Part shown: piece by piece, positions 1 through 13,417 of the stretch | Position numbering within the stretch: position 1 is the first letter of the stretch | Layout: each line of letters starts with the position of its first letter | Assembly (NCBI GenBank): GCA_024704765.1 | Contig: JAKMXF010000044.1 | Coordinates: 496,001 to 560,000, forward strand | DNA from: Oopsacas minuta | Taxonomy: Eukaryota > Animalia > Porifera | Reading direction: 5' to 3' | Length of the DNA stretch: 64,000 bases | Position numbers and translations under genes: made by a program | Notes under the pieces: model-generated | The model's database searches: none | The model's input: only the letters and a program-made list of their open reading frames with translations | What the model was told of the DNA's origin: nothing

Positions 1-657
1 CGAAATGTAACCGGGTTCCGTACCAGTCCAGAACACTTCGTTATAATGAGAATGTGTTGCAGTTACAAACTGACTACACTTGCTCAAGTTTATCTATAAT
101 AGACATTTGACCCCACACATTTGGTTCAGGCAAGAAATACCACCCGTATTATATTTGGTATCCAAAACTTGATACTTTTGCTTTGCACTGGCTAAACATT
201 ATCGGGGAATTACAGCGCAAGTGTCAATCCCATATTTGCCAACATGAGTGAAGATAAAAAGCGGGACAGAAGGGGCTAATTGAGCGGGGCATCGTCGGAT
301 GAAGCATATTTGTATTAGACTGGACTACAAAACAGAGGACAATTAAGGGCTTTGTCAAGTTTTGGCTGGACATTAGTCTCATTGGCAGTCAACACATATT
401 CGGGCCGAGAAATCGTGGTGTCCCGCCAACCAGGGTTGATAAAAATCATGATTTTTTAAAAAAAATCAAAAAATCGGATTTTTTTGATTTAAATCAGATT
501 TTTTGATTTAAATCGGATTTTGTTTGACAGCTGACTGAACCATCCGGCCGTATCACCTGTCCTTGTTATAATAATGTATGCGTATTTATGAATTGTGAAG
601 ATTGATACATAATTGTGGTCTATCTCGTAGAATATAGAGTGTAGAAAATAGAATAAT

Positions 658-2352
658 TTAATTTTTCATGTTCAATATCCTATAAACGAACACCAGTTTA
701 GCCGCCTTCTCAATTCCAAGTCGGTTGCGAGTTTTTGAGTATATATATCCAAATGTAGAAAATATACGTTCAATTCCCGCACTTGAAGCAATTGCGGTGA
801 GAAGTTGTTCAGCAACTTTAGTAATATTTTTCCCCAACGTTCCATGCATTGATGCCCACCAGCAAGCTGGCGTAATATTATCAACTTACATCGTCACTAA
901 ACATGTAGGATTTGAAAGGATCATATCCTGCTTTGAACTGCAAGACAGTCGCAATTGCATTTGGACAATGCTGATGAATATATTCCATTGCATCGGTAGC
1001 TTCTTTCTCAGTGAGTTTTCTTCCTCTATACCTTGGGTCTATTAAGTTCGCAGAATAGTGTGCTGGAGAAATAGCTTGGGCAGCTCTTTCGTCTACTTTT
1101 CTTAGTACATGTGCCGGTTGCTGTGAACTTAGAAGATCCTCATAAAGTGTTTTCCATACTTCAACTGTATCGCTAATTATAGCATTTTCCCTTTGAATTC
1201 TATCTAGAGCAACTGAAATTGGTTTTAATCTAATAAAGAGATCTTCAGCGTTACGTTTGATAGAATAATTCTTAACTTTATTACCAATGTTCGAATTTAT
1301 CTCATCACGATATTCCTCACAGACCTGTACAAGGATATGCCAGTTAGAAATATAGCTTTTCAAACAGTCCGTCAAAGTATTCCATCTAATTTCATGTGGG
1401 ATAACAAGAGAATTACCACCAGCTTGTTTGTATCTAGCTGCAGGTAGATGTGTATGTCTAAAATATTTGACTATCTGGACAACTTGTTCTTTTATCCCAG
1501 TAATCTGTACATCTTGTGCTAATAGGTTCAACAAATGAGCAGAGCATCCGTATGTCAATATTTCATTCGGTATCTTTTTTTGTAAATCTCTTCTCATTTT
1601 TGCCATATTGGCTGCGTTGTCAGTTACAACGTTACGTACATGACATCTAAAATTTATCTCACAGGAAGTAATAGCATCTGCAGCAAGTTCTGCCAGATAT
1701 TCTGATGTGTGACTATGTCCAGAGGTATCAATTGTCTCAGTAAGGAAAGTCTCTCCTTTGTCAGTTGTAACACTCACACACACGACAGGTTCATTATGTA
1801 CGTTACTCCATCCATCCAGTGATAAGGAGACTGTCTTATCCTCCAGGGTTTTTCTGCATGTATCCAAGAGAGATCCTTGTACATTATTTAATAGTTTATT
1901 CCCTATATCATGGCGATTTGGTGGTATATAACCTGGCCGTAGCATCTTTATTAGTTTCATAAACTCGGGGTGTTCAACAGCTATAAAAGGCGTGTTAGTT
2001 GCGTAAATATAACGAGCAATTTGGAGATCCAGTAATTCTGCCTCTAATTTCGAAGTCTTCATGACATATTCACCGATATGAGTAATCCTAGGTCTTTTTT
2101 CTTTAGCAAAAAGACTTGTATCAGGCACTTCTCCACATAATGCAGTTGATCTGGCTACTAAATCAATTGATTCATTTTCAGCTATTATGGGATGGTCTTG
2201 CATGCTGCATGAAGAATAATGTTGCTTAAGGCGGTTGACCACCCCTGCATCTCCTTTTTGCAAACTTTACACCTTGCTTCCCAGCCAGCAACTCCTTCTG
2301 TCGTATACCGTTCGAAGTGGACCCATATATCATCTTGTTTCCTACCTGCCAT
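658..2352 (-). pseudogene. Frameshifted hAT transposase
   Basis: ATG at 2352 starts MAGRKQDDIWVHF...CKVCKK (BED finger). The central ORF has SLDGWSN, VVTDNAANM, CSAHLLNL and RWN. The C-terminal dimerisation domain (WW...SSAGIERIFS) is in another frame. Frameshifts lie near 2250 and 883. Confidence 0.9.
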
Positions 2353-2436
2353 ATCAAGTGTTGTTAAATGCTAAGGATAGTAGTAATCTAATAGTTATAA
2401 ATCTTTTGTAAGTGGTTGTTTAAATATATATATATA

Positions 2437-2581
2437 GACTCAGGGTCGCTTATTAATAACCAGCTTAATATGAACATTCGTTCATTATGAACAACCTCTC
2501 AGGTCCCTATTCTTCGGCTTACATAAGATTTGTACTCAGCCAAGTCATTATGAAGGGGTTCACAATAAGCGACCCTGACTG
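2437..2581. mobile_element. ~145-bp pogo/Tigger-type MITE inside the hAT element
   Basis: Inverted ends CAGGGTCGCTTATT / AATAAGCGACCCTG flanked by TA; a related end occurs near 57648. Confidence 0.65.
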
Positions 2582-3559
2582 TACAAATCATTTATTTTTA
2601 TTTAAATCGAACAACCCTGCCGTCAAATGAATAGATTTTCGATAGGTATAAATTTATAATAGCAAAATGGACATAATCAGCTTGATAAGATAATAAAAAC
2701 ATAAAAATATTGAATTGAAAGAAGATATTTTGATAAAACTCGGATTTTTGATTTAAATCAAACAACCCTGCCGCCAACCAATGGAACAGTTGGCAAGTAT
2801 GGTATGTTAGAATGACTTCACATACAGGATGCAATTTAGTTGCAAGCATAACATTAAATGAAATATTGCATTGCATATTTAGAGTTGTAGACAGAATTAT
2901 GTAATAACCAGCTTTCCTTTAAAGTAACAAGAATTACCTGCAGTGAAATACACTGAATAGCAAACAAATGAACATGAAAGAGTAGAGTAACAAGCGTGTA
3001 TAACCGCAATATCAACAGTATGAGCATACCTATGGTAATTATAATGTATAAATCAATACAATTTGACTATAGTGAGTAATACAATTTTCCCCATAGGATT
3101 TGGCTTAGGGAGTAAAATTTTCGTAACTTTGTCAATTTTAATCCGATTGTAGAGTTCTTTAGCTCTATCAACTTCTCTCAACGAGTTCTTGAACGGTGCA
3201 TATAGGGATTTTTGACCACATCAAAAAAGTTGGGGGTGTAAGATTCTGCAATTATACCCAACATAGTTGCATTGTGTATAATGGGCTTTAAATTAATCAA
3301 ACGAGGAAGAATCGCTAGAGATTGTTAGATGTGATACACGAGGAATAGAACTAACGACTGTCTCCATGTAAAGTTCAATTAGTTGCTAAATAATCTCTTG
3401 ATATATAATTAATTATCTGAATATCATTATTGCTGATTGCATGTTTACTAAATATGTCTATATACTTGGAGATTTAAGAGAATGATTAATAAGTAACAAA
3501 ATTACTTAGACATTGGAATGCGAATTCGGTATGTTGTAGTATTGTATGCACACTAATAG

Positions 3560-3725
3560 GATTTGATATGGCTCAGGAAGGTAAGTTTTCATAGCTTTGC
3601 CAATTTTAATCCGATTTTGAGTTCTTTAGCTCTATAAACTTCTCTCAACGAGGTCTTGACGGTGCATATAGGGATTTTGGGCCACATTAGAAAAGTTAGG
3701 GGGTATAAGATTCTGCAATTGTACC
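3560..3725. repeat. Solo fragment of the Merlin-like TIR
   Basis: Matches about 44985-45144 and ends in GATTCTGCAATTGTACC. A more degenerate copy is at about 3900-4080. Confidence 0.65.
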
Positions 3726-5776
3726 AAGAAAGTACACACCAAGTCAAAATTGAACATAATAACTACAAAGTATGCAAACGAGAATATTCATAAAGGAATA
3801 ATCAACCGACGAAAGCGTTGATAGAACCGCAAGATTGATAAGATGTGCTTTACCAGAGTAGGTTGCAGAATATTCATCAGCAATATTTGGTTATAGGGGC
3901 CAATACAATTTCAAAATAGGCCTTAGCAAATTTGGAAGATTTACGTACTTCGTCAGTGTTCATAAGATTTTTGAGTTCCAAAGCTCAATCAACTTCTCAA
4001 AAGGAGTTCTTGAATGGTAGATATAGGGAATGCGACCAGAATGAGAAAGTTGGGGCTGTCGGAAACTATAGTTGTACAAAACGTTTATCGAGTATACTTG
4101 CAGAGCAATGGTATTTGGTGATATTTCAAAATGCAAAGAGGTGACATTGAGGTCACTATTTGTCATGTGAAATACGTGAATTTTCGGCCAAGAATCGAAC
4201 TTGTCCGAGTGAAGCCGAAATTCCCACTATAAGCCAACATCATGGTTCGTGGGCTTACAATTGTTTCAATCATTTCGGACATTCAAGTATTTACATATTC
4301 TTAGAATAAAAAGATAAATTCGAATTCCTGCTCGTTAAGTAATAACCAGATAATTCGGGAAATATGCATAAATCCTTCAAATCCTGATCACAAATATTGT
4401 TTATCTCGTTCATAGAACTTCAATAGCCTTAACAATGGGAATAAGTAATTCCATACTATGATTGGAAATATATTCCTACATTAGCCAAGTGTTGAAACCA
4501 TGAAAGACAACAACGACAAATGTGTGATATTAATAAATAATATAGAGGATAAGATTAAATGTCTAATCGGATTATAAAAGAAATACTAGTGAAAATACTT
4601 TAGTAAGGAATAATGACGCAGCAAAAGGAAGAAGTGAGAAGTAAATTTAGTGTAAAAGCTTAAAATGAGAGGCCTAATTTTAAAGATTCACAAACTTAGG
4701 AGAATAATTCCTTAATGAACAACGAAAAAAGGGTTCAAAATGTACAGATTTTCAAGGTACGACAAAGATAAATCATAATGATGAAAGTTATGGCATTGTA
4801 GCAAAACAAAGTCATGGAGCGAAAGTGCGAAAGAAAAAAAAACTTAGAATAGAGAAATACAGAGAGAAAAATTAGAATGGTTTTGAGATAGTGTGTGACT
4901 GAGACGAGTTGATCAAATGAATCTAGGTGACTTGTGTCCACACATATTGTGAATATTGAGGATGTTTATTCTTGATTCAGCACAAGTGTGGTAGCCTTGA
5001 TTTCTTGATCGAATAGTGTTCTTAAAGGAAGATATATTTCCACAACTTAGCGAGGCGGGTTTCTCTCTATTTGACCTTGTATATATTGTATCAGTGCAAT
5101 TTAATGTCTGAAAAGTTAGATTTGGAATCTTCTTAATTTGGGCTTAGGGTTCAATTAAAACTCGAGTCTCTCTTGAACTCTGTTTAGTAAAGCATATTTT
5201 TACTAAAACAAAGAATATACTTGTACTACATTCAACATTAGCTATCTCGAATGCTCGTTAACTCGAACATTCGTTATTTTGAACAGAATTTTATTTCCTC
5301 TGAGGGTTCGAGATAATGGATCTTGACTGTATATCTGTATAAGAGAAATTCAATTTATTATTACAAATGAAAGATTCTACGGGTGTGCAGTTCGCTGAGT
5401 TAAAAGGGAGCTGTAACCTTAGACTGATTTCTACACAGAAAATCTGTACATATTTGTCTTTGTACACAATGTCGCACCAAAATTGTGCACCTGTCTTACA
5501 CACAAATGTCTCTGTATGCAAGTGTCTCTCTCCGAATAATCCCATGATTTGTATTTGCTAATAGTCATGGCGTAAAGAGATTTGTATATTATTAGTATAT
5601 TTTTATTATATGATTATTATTTTCACACCAAATGATATCTGAAATTCTACCCCGAGTAGTACTTCCGGTCTGTTGATTGGACAATTTTTATTAATTCGTA
5701 TATTTCCGATTACATTTTTATTAAACATGTAATTAGTGTGCATTTCTGAAAAAGGTGACAAAGCAATTCTTGTTTC

Positions 5777-6067
5777 ATGGCTGCATCTTTGGAACCCTTT
5801 GCAGACAAGAAAGTAGCTGTTATAACTGGAGATGGTAGAATGATTACAGGCAATCTCAAGGCATACGATCAAGTCATAAATATAGTGTTAGTGAATACTG
5901 TGGAGAGAGTGTACTCGCATAATGTAGGAGTGGAAGAAGTCTCACTGGGTCTATACATGATCAGAGGAGATAACGTTGCTCTTGTTGGAGAGCGCGATAT
6001 GGATATTGATAATGCTATTGATTTGACGTATGTTCATGCTGAACCACTTGAAGTATTCAAAACATGA
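5777..6067 (+). CDS. LSM8: U6 snRNA-associated Sm-like protein LSm8
   Basis: 96 aa with VAVITGDGRMITGNLKAYDQVIN (Sm1) and GLYMIRGDNVALVGE...AEPL (Sm2), typical of LSm8; intronless. Confidence 0.92.
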   Translation: MAASLEPFADKKVAVITGDGRMITGNLKAYDQVINIVLVNTVERVYSHNVGVEEVSLGLYMIRGDNVALVGERDMDIDNAIDLTYVHAEPLEVFKT

Positions 6068-6371
6068 GGAATGGCACATCATTACCGTCATGCTCAACTA
6101 CAGAATGAAAGAGTTGAATGAGAAGTGGGAAGTTGAGTGCCCCGATGGCGTCTTCTGGGTAACATTCAAGGATCGAGATGTCGATCCAGTGACTAAGAAC
6201 GGAAAGTGGTTGGTACGTGCAAAGATCCTCAATTCTGACAAGTGGTTGCACGCGTATCTTATTCACAAAGATCCTTTAGTTGCCAGAGACTGCTCTTTGA
6301 CGGTAACTGATGAAGTTGTGTGGGCAATCGGGGAATATAACTTCTGGGATGAACTTCCTGAATGGCAGTAG
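6058..6371 (+). pseudogene. 5'-truncated copy of the cystatin-like domain of the 13418-14164 gene
   Basis: Encodes KHEEWHII...DELPEWQ* in the +1 frame relative to LSm8 and lacks the N-terminal ~144 codons. Confidence 0.7.
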
Positions 6372-6795
6372 CAGAGGTAGCAGCAGCAGTAGCAGCAGCA
6401 GCAATAGAGCTTGCTTTATATAATTTAAATTTATTTCTTGCATAATTATTTATTCGATACATGTTTAATAAAATCTCCGAAGCAACCTCTCTGAATTGGA
6501 ATTTGCGGCGAATAGAATGTCTTAGACATTCTATTCGCAGTAAATCACCTCGTGTTATTCAATTCAGGCAAAATAAACTACAAAATTGGGGAAGTTTAGT
6601 TTATTTGACTGAATTAAATGTTACATTTCGATAGCGACGAACGATACAAACTTGTAAATTGAACTTAAGATTAATATCCAGATCCTATTTTATGAATTTA
6701 TCATGTCTATTCGCATTATCCACAACAATATTATCATCATGGTAAGAGAAACTACACATGATAATGATTACCTAATCATATTCATTTACTTGTTA
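6058..6795 (+). repeat. 738-bp segmental duplicate, copy 1 (of 13851-14588)
   Basis: Near-identical from CAAAACATGAGG to CATTTACTTGTTA, with only scattered substitutions. Confidence 0.95.
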
Positions 6796-8090
6796 GAAAT
6801 AATCATCATTGAAATGAGGATATCTATTTTCTGCTAATTAATTTCAAGTTTCAATTATATCAATCTGGTGCCCACCAATCTGTGAGATTTGGTATCTCTA
6901 TATCAAACGTATAGTTAAGTAGCAAAAAACCATAAAATATTACAGTTTGAGCAGCTGGAATCCATAAGATTCTTGGATAACCCGTGATAGTTGATAGCTG
7001 ACATCTCTGCAGTGATAGAATTTCTTGGCCATTACAGTAGTGTTAGTAAATACAAGTTTGAGGGGTAATTGGGTAGATATCACAGACAACAGTCAATTTA
7101 CATAGCTTACGCCTTACGGAATTTACTTGTACAAGAAAATAAATATCGAAAAGTTGAAAAAATTGAAATTTGACAAGTGATTACAGACAGCCCTCGCCGT
7201 TCGCGATGTATTCCCTCGATTATTCGCGGTTTTTGTTCCGAGTTATGTTATTTTTGTAGGACATCTTGCAATTTACATATTTTGATGTATTACTAAGGCG
7301 AAAATGTATTTTCTCCTAAGTTGAATAATTCATTATTCACTAGGTTAACTTGTACCAATTCGCCGCTAATTATTCATCCCCGCCAGTCCCAATTTGAATC
7401 TCCCGCTCTGACAAATTTACATACAGTAGAACCTCTGAGATCAGGGGCAGTCTCGTCCTGAGGGTGCTCAGCAGTGTTGCCGTGGCTATGGAATTTCTAT
7501 TCCCATCTCATTCCAACAGGATTTCTGTCGGAATTCCCATGGGTTTTCTCATAGGCTTTCCCATATGGGATTCACGTAGCAAGAAAATGATTCCTATTCC
7601 TATACCCAAGGCAACCCTCGTCTTCGGTTCTCAGAAATAACGAAACTCCATGGAAGTTCTATTTCGTACATACATAAGTATTGAGATGCTTCAAGTTAGT
7701 GAATCTAAATATTTTAATGTGACCATGATCCGACACATCGTATTCATGACCCGTGAGCTATGACATATATACTACGCATCGTGTGATTCATTGACTCTCA
7801 CAATTTTGAAAATCAAACATAGTGGTATAGTGTAACACAACATAATGAACACACTAACACTCATCATTTATCTTTAACAGTATTGGATAATACATTCCAA
7901 TCCAATTCGGTGATTAGTTAAGGACTCATGGAGATCATATCACGTTCATACTAACCAACTTGAGTGAAGAAAAAAGCGGGACGGAAAGCATTAAGTTTAG
8001 CGGGGACATCTTGGGACCTAAAATCGAGACAATCAACAAGGCTTTTTAGAGACTCTTATTATGTAAGTTATTGATTATTGCACGATAGTA

Positions 8091-8458
8091 CTAGGGATCG
8101 ATAGGGGGCACAATTTTGGCCGGGAAAACTGTACCGATTTTCGGCCGAAACCGGGACCGAGGCGATCCCTAGTTCCTCAAGTACAACCTAAGAGCTGTTA
8201 GATTTGACCACCGCCTGACGTAGTTATTCCTAATCAACACGTCGAGGAAATTGTTGATGATAGTGAAGATTTAGATAGACTATAGAGATACGTATATATT
8301 TAGATTTAGTATCTCGCATTTAAATTTCTTTGTTCTAAACCTATGATGTTTTGCTTTAGAAATAACTCTTAGCATAAATTTCATTAAACACCCCGGCTGG
8401 CCAAGGGCCGGATTCTCAACTTTTGGCCGTGGCCGGATCGGGCCCGGACGATCCCTAG
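8091..8458. mobile_element. MITE-like element(s) with CTAGGGATCG inverted ends
   Basis: CTAGGGATCG at 8091; its reverse complement at 8163-8172 and 8449-8458; GC-rich GGCCG subrepeats. Confidence 0.4.
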
Positions 8459-9174
8459 ATAGCACCATAGAACCCAACCTATCAGACCCCAAATGCTGGG
8501 GTTAACCATCATTTGGATGGTAACTTGGGGTCATTTAGTATTACTAGATTTAACTGTAACGTAGTTATCTTAATACATGACACAGTCAGTCCTAATTACT
8601 ACAATCTATAATGTAACGTCTACTTTACAATTTAGTTAGTCCTGTTTTTAATCATGAATTTACATCATTCGCTAAAATGCATCATTCATTTGCCAATCTG
8701 TATGTACAAGTAATAATCCAAGAGAAACATATACAAACATAAGAGGTACTCCGCATTAGGTACACACATTATGAGATTCGTTTAATAAATTGAGAACTGA
8801 GTTGAATCTATTATATAATTTGTCGATGGTTTGTATTTTGTACGGAATAAATTGAAGAACTGGTAAGAGCTACGAACTTGATCAATAAATTGATGGGATG
8901 TATGTATGTACTAAATTTAGTTAAAAGGTATCTCATAGCCTCTTGATAAGTAATGACCTTATTCTTTGCCATCTGGTTGTCCGTCAGCTAGGTAGCTATT
9001 TCTCCGTGATAGCTCCTCTGTAATTCCTAAAGTGATATCTACACCATACATTTATTCCATACATAACATTATATTATAGTTTAACTATGCAATTTCTAAC
9101 CGTAAATTTCATTAAAATTCATCCTTAATTATCAATTGAATTAAAGTTTGATGTATTTCTTAATCGGTCTATAT

Positions 9175-11070
9175 CAGGGGTGCCCAACATACGGCCCGCG
9201 TAATAATTTTATCCGGCCCGCGCAAAATTTGCACTTTGTAATATATACTATTTCTTCATGAACAATTCCTAAGCCACATTTCGATAGCATTCATACTGGG
9301 TGTCGAATTTCAATGTATTTGACATTTTGAGGATTCTTATTCATTTTCAATACACGACAGGTGCCATGTGTTTAGTAATAATAATTCTTAGCGGTGTATA
9401 AATATAAACTAGTATAATTCTAAGCTTATGATTGAAATTCAGATACTGCGTTTACTCATCTCCTAAATTACCGGTAGAATATATATATCATTTATATTAA
9501 TGGAGCCTTGTTCTAAGAAAAGGAAAGTTGATATCGAGAGTAGAACTTTCAACGACAGCTGGTCCGAGAAATACTTTTTCACCAACTTCAAAAACAAACC
9601 AACTTGCTTAATATGCAAGCAGGTCATCGCAGTGATGAAAGAGTACAACATTCAAAGACACTATAGTGCTAAACATCAAGATTACAAAGCATGATGAATG
9701 GAATTGATGCTATCGGACTTAAGTTGAATAATTTATGTGAGGTAACGACAGATGGCGCACCATCAATGATTGGGAAGGAAAGGGGCTTCGTTGCTCTTCT
9801 GGAGAAAGAAAGGATCAATTCAGGAAGTAGTACTATGAAATTAGTCAAAGTGCATTGTATAATTCACCGGGAAAATCTCTGTTCAAAGTCATTAAGAATG
9901 CAGGGTGTAATGGAAATAGTAGTGAAAACTGTCAACTTCATTCGTGCTCGAGGACTCAGTCATCGACAATTTCGAAAACTTTTAGACGAAATGGATTCTC
10001 AATATGGAGACCTTCTTTACTATACGGAAGTACGATGGTTAAGTAGGGGTGCGATGCTTCGACGCTTTTATGAACTCAAAGAAGAAGTATTTCATTTTAT
10101 GGAGGAGAAGGGGAAACCAGTTTTTCATCTCAATGATCCATTATGGTTGTGTGACTTGGCATTTTTGACCGATATCACTCAATATTTGAATAACCTCAAC
10201 TCAAAATTACAAGGAAAAAATCTGCTTATTCACAATTTGTTTGACTTCATTTGCGCTTTTGAAAGAAAGCTCGAGATATGGGAAAAACAATTAATAGAAG
10301 GAAATCTTTATCACTTTGAAACCTTATCAAAACATTCCCCTCCAGATACAGGTGTATACGCAATCGAAATCAATTCCCTGCGCAAAGAATTCGAGAATAG
10401 ATTTAAAGATCTTCGTAGCAATATTGTAAACTTCGCTATATTCTCAAATCCTTTCTCTTTAGAACCTATTGAACTCCCCGAGCATCTCCAGCTAGAATTG
10501 GTTGACATGCAATGTAACCAGGACTTTAAAGCAAAATTCAATGATGTCACACTGATGGACTTTTATCAAAAGTATTTATCATCATCAGATTACCCCAATC
10601 TTATCAAGCATTGTAAGATGATGGCTTGTTTATTTGGGAGCACATACATATGTGAACAACTGTTCTCCCAAATGAAGCTAGTAAAAAGCAAATGCAGAAC
10701 TGTTTTAACTGATAGACATCTCGAAGATACATTAAGAATAGCTACTACGGATATGGAACAAAACATCGACCATATAGTCAGACATATGCGTCATCAATCG
10801 TCATCCATGTCAAAGTAGTAAATCATTGCCTGTACTCGTATTAGCGGTGGTAAAATGAGTATTCGGGTTTCTAATTAGTTAGTATTTTTGATCATTTTCT
10901 GTAGTCTGCCAATATTTCATATGTGTGTTCCCTTTCTGTAGCATTTCCACTTGGATATTCCAACAAATTTTCTCTAAATAAATCTGAAAATTATAAATTG
11001 GTCCATGTGGCCCACCAAACTATTGAGGAAGCCAATGTGGCCCGCAATTAAATCGAGTTGGGCACCCCTG
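9175..11070 (+). mobile_element. hAT element of the SPIN/Charlie (GTF2IRD2-like) group
   Basis: TIRs CAGGGGTGCCCAAC...GTTGGGCACCCCTG with GGCCCGC subterminal motifs; degenerate 8-bp TSD GTCTATAT / ATCTAGAG. Confidence 0.9.
9500..10818 (+). pseudogene. Internally deleted SPIN-type hAT transposase
   Basis: The N-terminal zinc finger (CLIC...RHY...H, 9500-9694) abuts, out of frame, the C-terminal part (TTDGAPSM, HCIIH, EVRWLSRG, STYICEQLFS). The middle of a typical ~600-aa transposase is missing. Confidence 0.85.
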
Positions 11071-11210
11071 ATCTAGAGTAAGGAGTATTAAATGTTAGAT
11101 TTAGCTATCCATTTATCAATCATATATTTATTGATTTACTTAAACTTTGTGATACAAGCAGCTATATTCAGAGCAATAATCAGATTTTTCCGCCAGTTGT
11201 TTGAAAAATA

Positions 11211-12330
11211 ATGAATTTTGAGAACTTAGAGCATCGAGCAGTCATTAAATTTTTCTGTATAAAGGACTAAGCGCTACTGAAACGTTCAAAGAGATGAAAG
11301 ATGTCCTCAAAGACAATGCCCCTAGTCAATCTATGGTTGCAAAATGGCATGCAGAATTCAAATGTGGAAGAGGAAGTATTACAGATGACCCTCGCTCAGG
11401 AAGACCCACATTTTCTCTCCATCCAGAAACAATCCAATCTATTGGTGGTATGATAGAGAACGATCACTGTATATCGATCAGAAATACAGCTAATAGGGTA
11501 GATTTATCAATTGGAACTATTCATTCGATCATTCATGACTATCTTGGGCTCAAGAAATACAAAGCAAAGTGGATACCAAAAACCTTATCTGAAGATCAAA
11601 TGATGGCTAGACTAGAAACTAGCAAAAGCATGGTTGATTTGTATATGTCTGACCCAGACGATTTCATGCGAGACTGATTACAGAAGATGAAACCTGGATA
11701 TACTGCCATGACCCTTGCACTGTTAGCGGGGCTGCGGAATGGAGGCATGAAGATTCTCCAAACCCAAAGTACCCCGACTTGGTCACTGTCCAAAGTCTAA
11801 GTCAAAGCTGATGCTATCAATATTCTGGGATTCTAAGGGACCATTACTATTAGATTATCTTCCAAAAATTCGACGGTGACTGGAGCATATTATGCCAATC
11901 TAATGACGAGGTTACGCGAATCTTTAAAGAGGAATAGGCGAGGAATGCTAAAAGGAATCCCACTCATTTTACATGATAATGCCCCATCCCATAAAAGTCA
12001 TATTGCACAGGAGGCAATAAAAGATTGTGGCTTTAAACAGGTTCAACACCCATCATACAGTCCTGATTTAGCTCTCAGCGATTATTATCTATTTCCAATT
12101 GCCAAGCAAGCACTTCGCGCAAGGATTTTTGGCGATGACGATGCATTAGAATCGGGTTTTGAAGACTGGTTAGACACCAAAGACAAAATGTTTTTCATCA
12201 TGGTATAGAAAAGCTGAGATAAGTGGCTTAAATGTATTCTATTACAAGGGGATTATGTTGAAATTAAACTCTAGCCATTGCTATACAAAACGTCTATATA
12301 CTAATTTCCACGAACTTATTGAACACCCTG
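11211..12330 (+). mobile_element. Decayed mariner (DD34D) element, left TIR not visible
   Basis: Fragments RAVIKF, DDPRSGRP, KWIPKTL, EDETW, LHDNAPSH and HPSYSPDLALSDYYLF, with stops and frameshifts; right TIR CGAACTTATTGAACACCCTG followed by TA. Confidence 0.88.
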
Positions 12331-12586
12331 TAATAAAATGTGATTAGAAGATCAATCACTTTTAGTTTATACATTATGAGATATATTTAATTGATTGAGA
12401 ACAGAGTTGAATAAAGTTAGTTTTTGAAAGGAAGTTATGGTTATAGGCTATCTACCCAGTACCCAACATAATGACGCAATTGTGTTTATTTCGTTGGGAT
12501 ATCGAGATTTGTCCTAGCTATTAATTGAAATTTGGAATATGTACTAACTTAAAATTGGATTTTGTCGTAACTTTCTAAATGGTTAG

Positions 12587-12731
12587 CAAGGGTGTAGATA
12601 AAGGGGGTCTAGGTCTTAAGCCCCCCAGAAACGATATAAACTACGTTCATGTGTATAAGAAAATCATTTCAAAATGTACCCCCCCTGCGGTATGAACCTC
12701 CCCCCACTTCTATAAGATTATCACACCCTTG
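12587..12731. mobile_element. ~145-bp MITE
   Basis: Inverted ends CAAGGGTGTAGATAA / TTATCACACCCTTG; no clear TSD. Confidence 0.4.
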
Positions 12732-13417
12732 TTTAGTGGGACTTGGATTAGTGGATAAACCAGCTAAAAAGGAATAATTTCAGTAATATCTTAGGAAAAA
12801 TTCCAGCTACCTCATTTCGTTATCAATCACTGTAAAACTTAATTTCCCGAGAAATTTTAACGTGAGTAGGTTAAATAATAGCGAGATTTACTCAAATACG
12901 TGAGTCTACATTTGGATCCGTGAGACTTGAAAAACTATGTGGTTCACGTCGCCAAACAGGTGGGACGGCAACTAGCAACCTGGAATATTTCTAAGTAACA
13001 ACCTTGGTTGATGGTAGAAAGACCATATATCCAAATGTAATTAAGGCTTAAGTAGCTTATAGGAATTAGTTACGATTTGTTACGATGAAATTCCCAGACA
13101 GAATAACAAGTCAAAATCTGCTGAATAATGTTAACTTTGCAGAATAACTATGTATGTACCATCCTTATCCTGCCTCCACACATGTTAAAATATTCAACGT
13201 GAGGAAAGTAGGATAATTAATTAGTAATTATCATATTAGAAATATCATTAATAATCCACATTGAAAATTAACTAATACATTAATAGAAAGTCACATTACT
13301 CAATAACACAGGCGCATCCGTAATCTCTACGTAAAATAATGTATTAATTGGTGCTCCTTAGCAGCTATAAATGAACCATAAATTTAATAAAAATTAAATA
13401 TACAACTCATAAATAAA

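Larger units (their letters stand above)
431..2770 (-). mobile_element. hAT DNA transposon (BED zinc finger/DUF659 type)
   Basis: Termini CAGGGTTG...CAACCCTG; perfect 8-bp TSD CCGCCAAC at 423-430 and 2771-2778; GATTTAAATC subterminal repeats. The empty site appears once in the homologous copy near 42036-42046. Confidence 0.93.
1..3258 (-). mobile_element. Partial second copy of the Merlin-like element (terminal ~0.9 kb, running off the window start), interrupted by a hAT insertion
   Basis: 1-430 plus 2779-3258 are the reverse complement, with a few substitutions, of 41557-42467. The segment ends in GATTCTGCAATTATACC, like the Merlin TIR end at 45128-45144. Confidence 0.75.

Noticed and set aside
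4480-4950. LINE endonuclease remnant
   Set aside because: The weak motif-like bits are in the wrong order and no consistent frame can be recovered.
6040-6070. Programmed +1 frameshift fusing LSm8 to the cystatin-like domain
   Set aside because: AAA ACA TGA G matches no established shift site, and the junction is explained by the duplication breakpoint.
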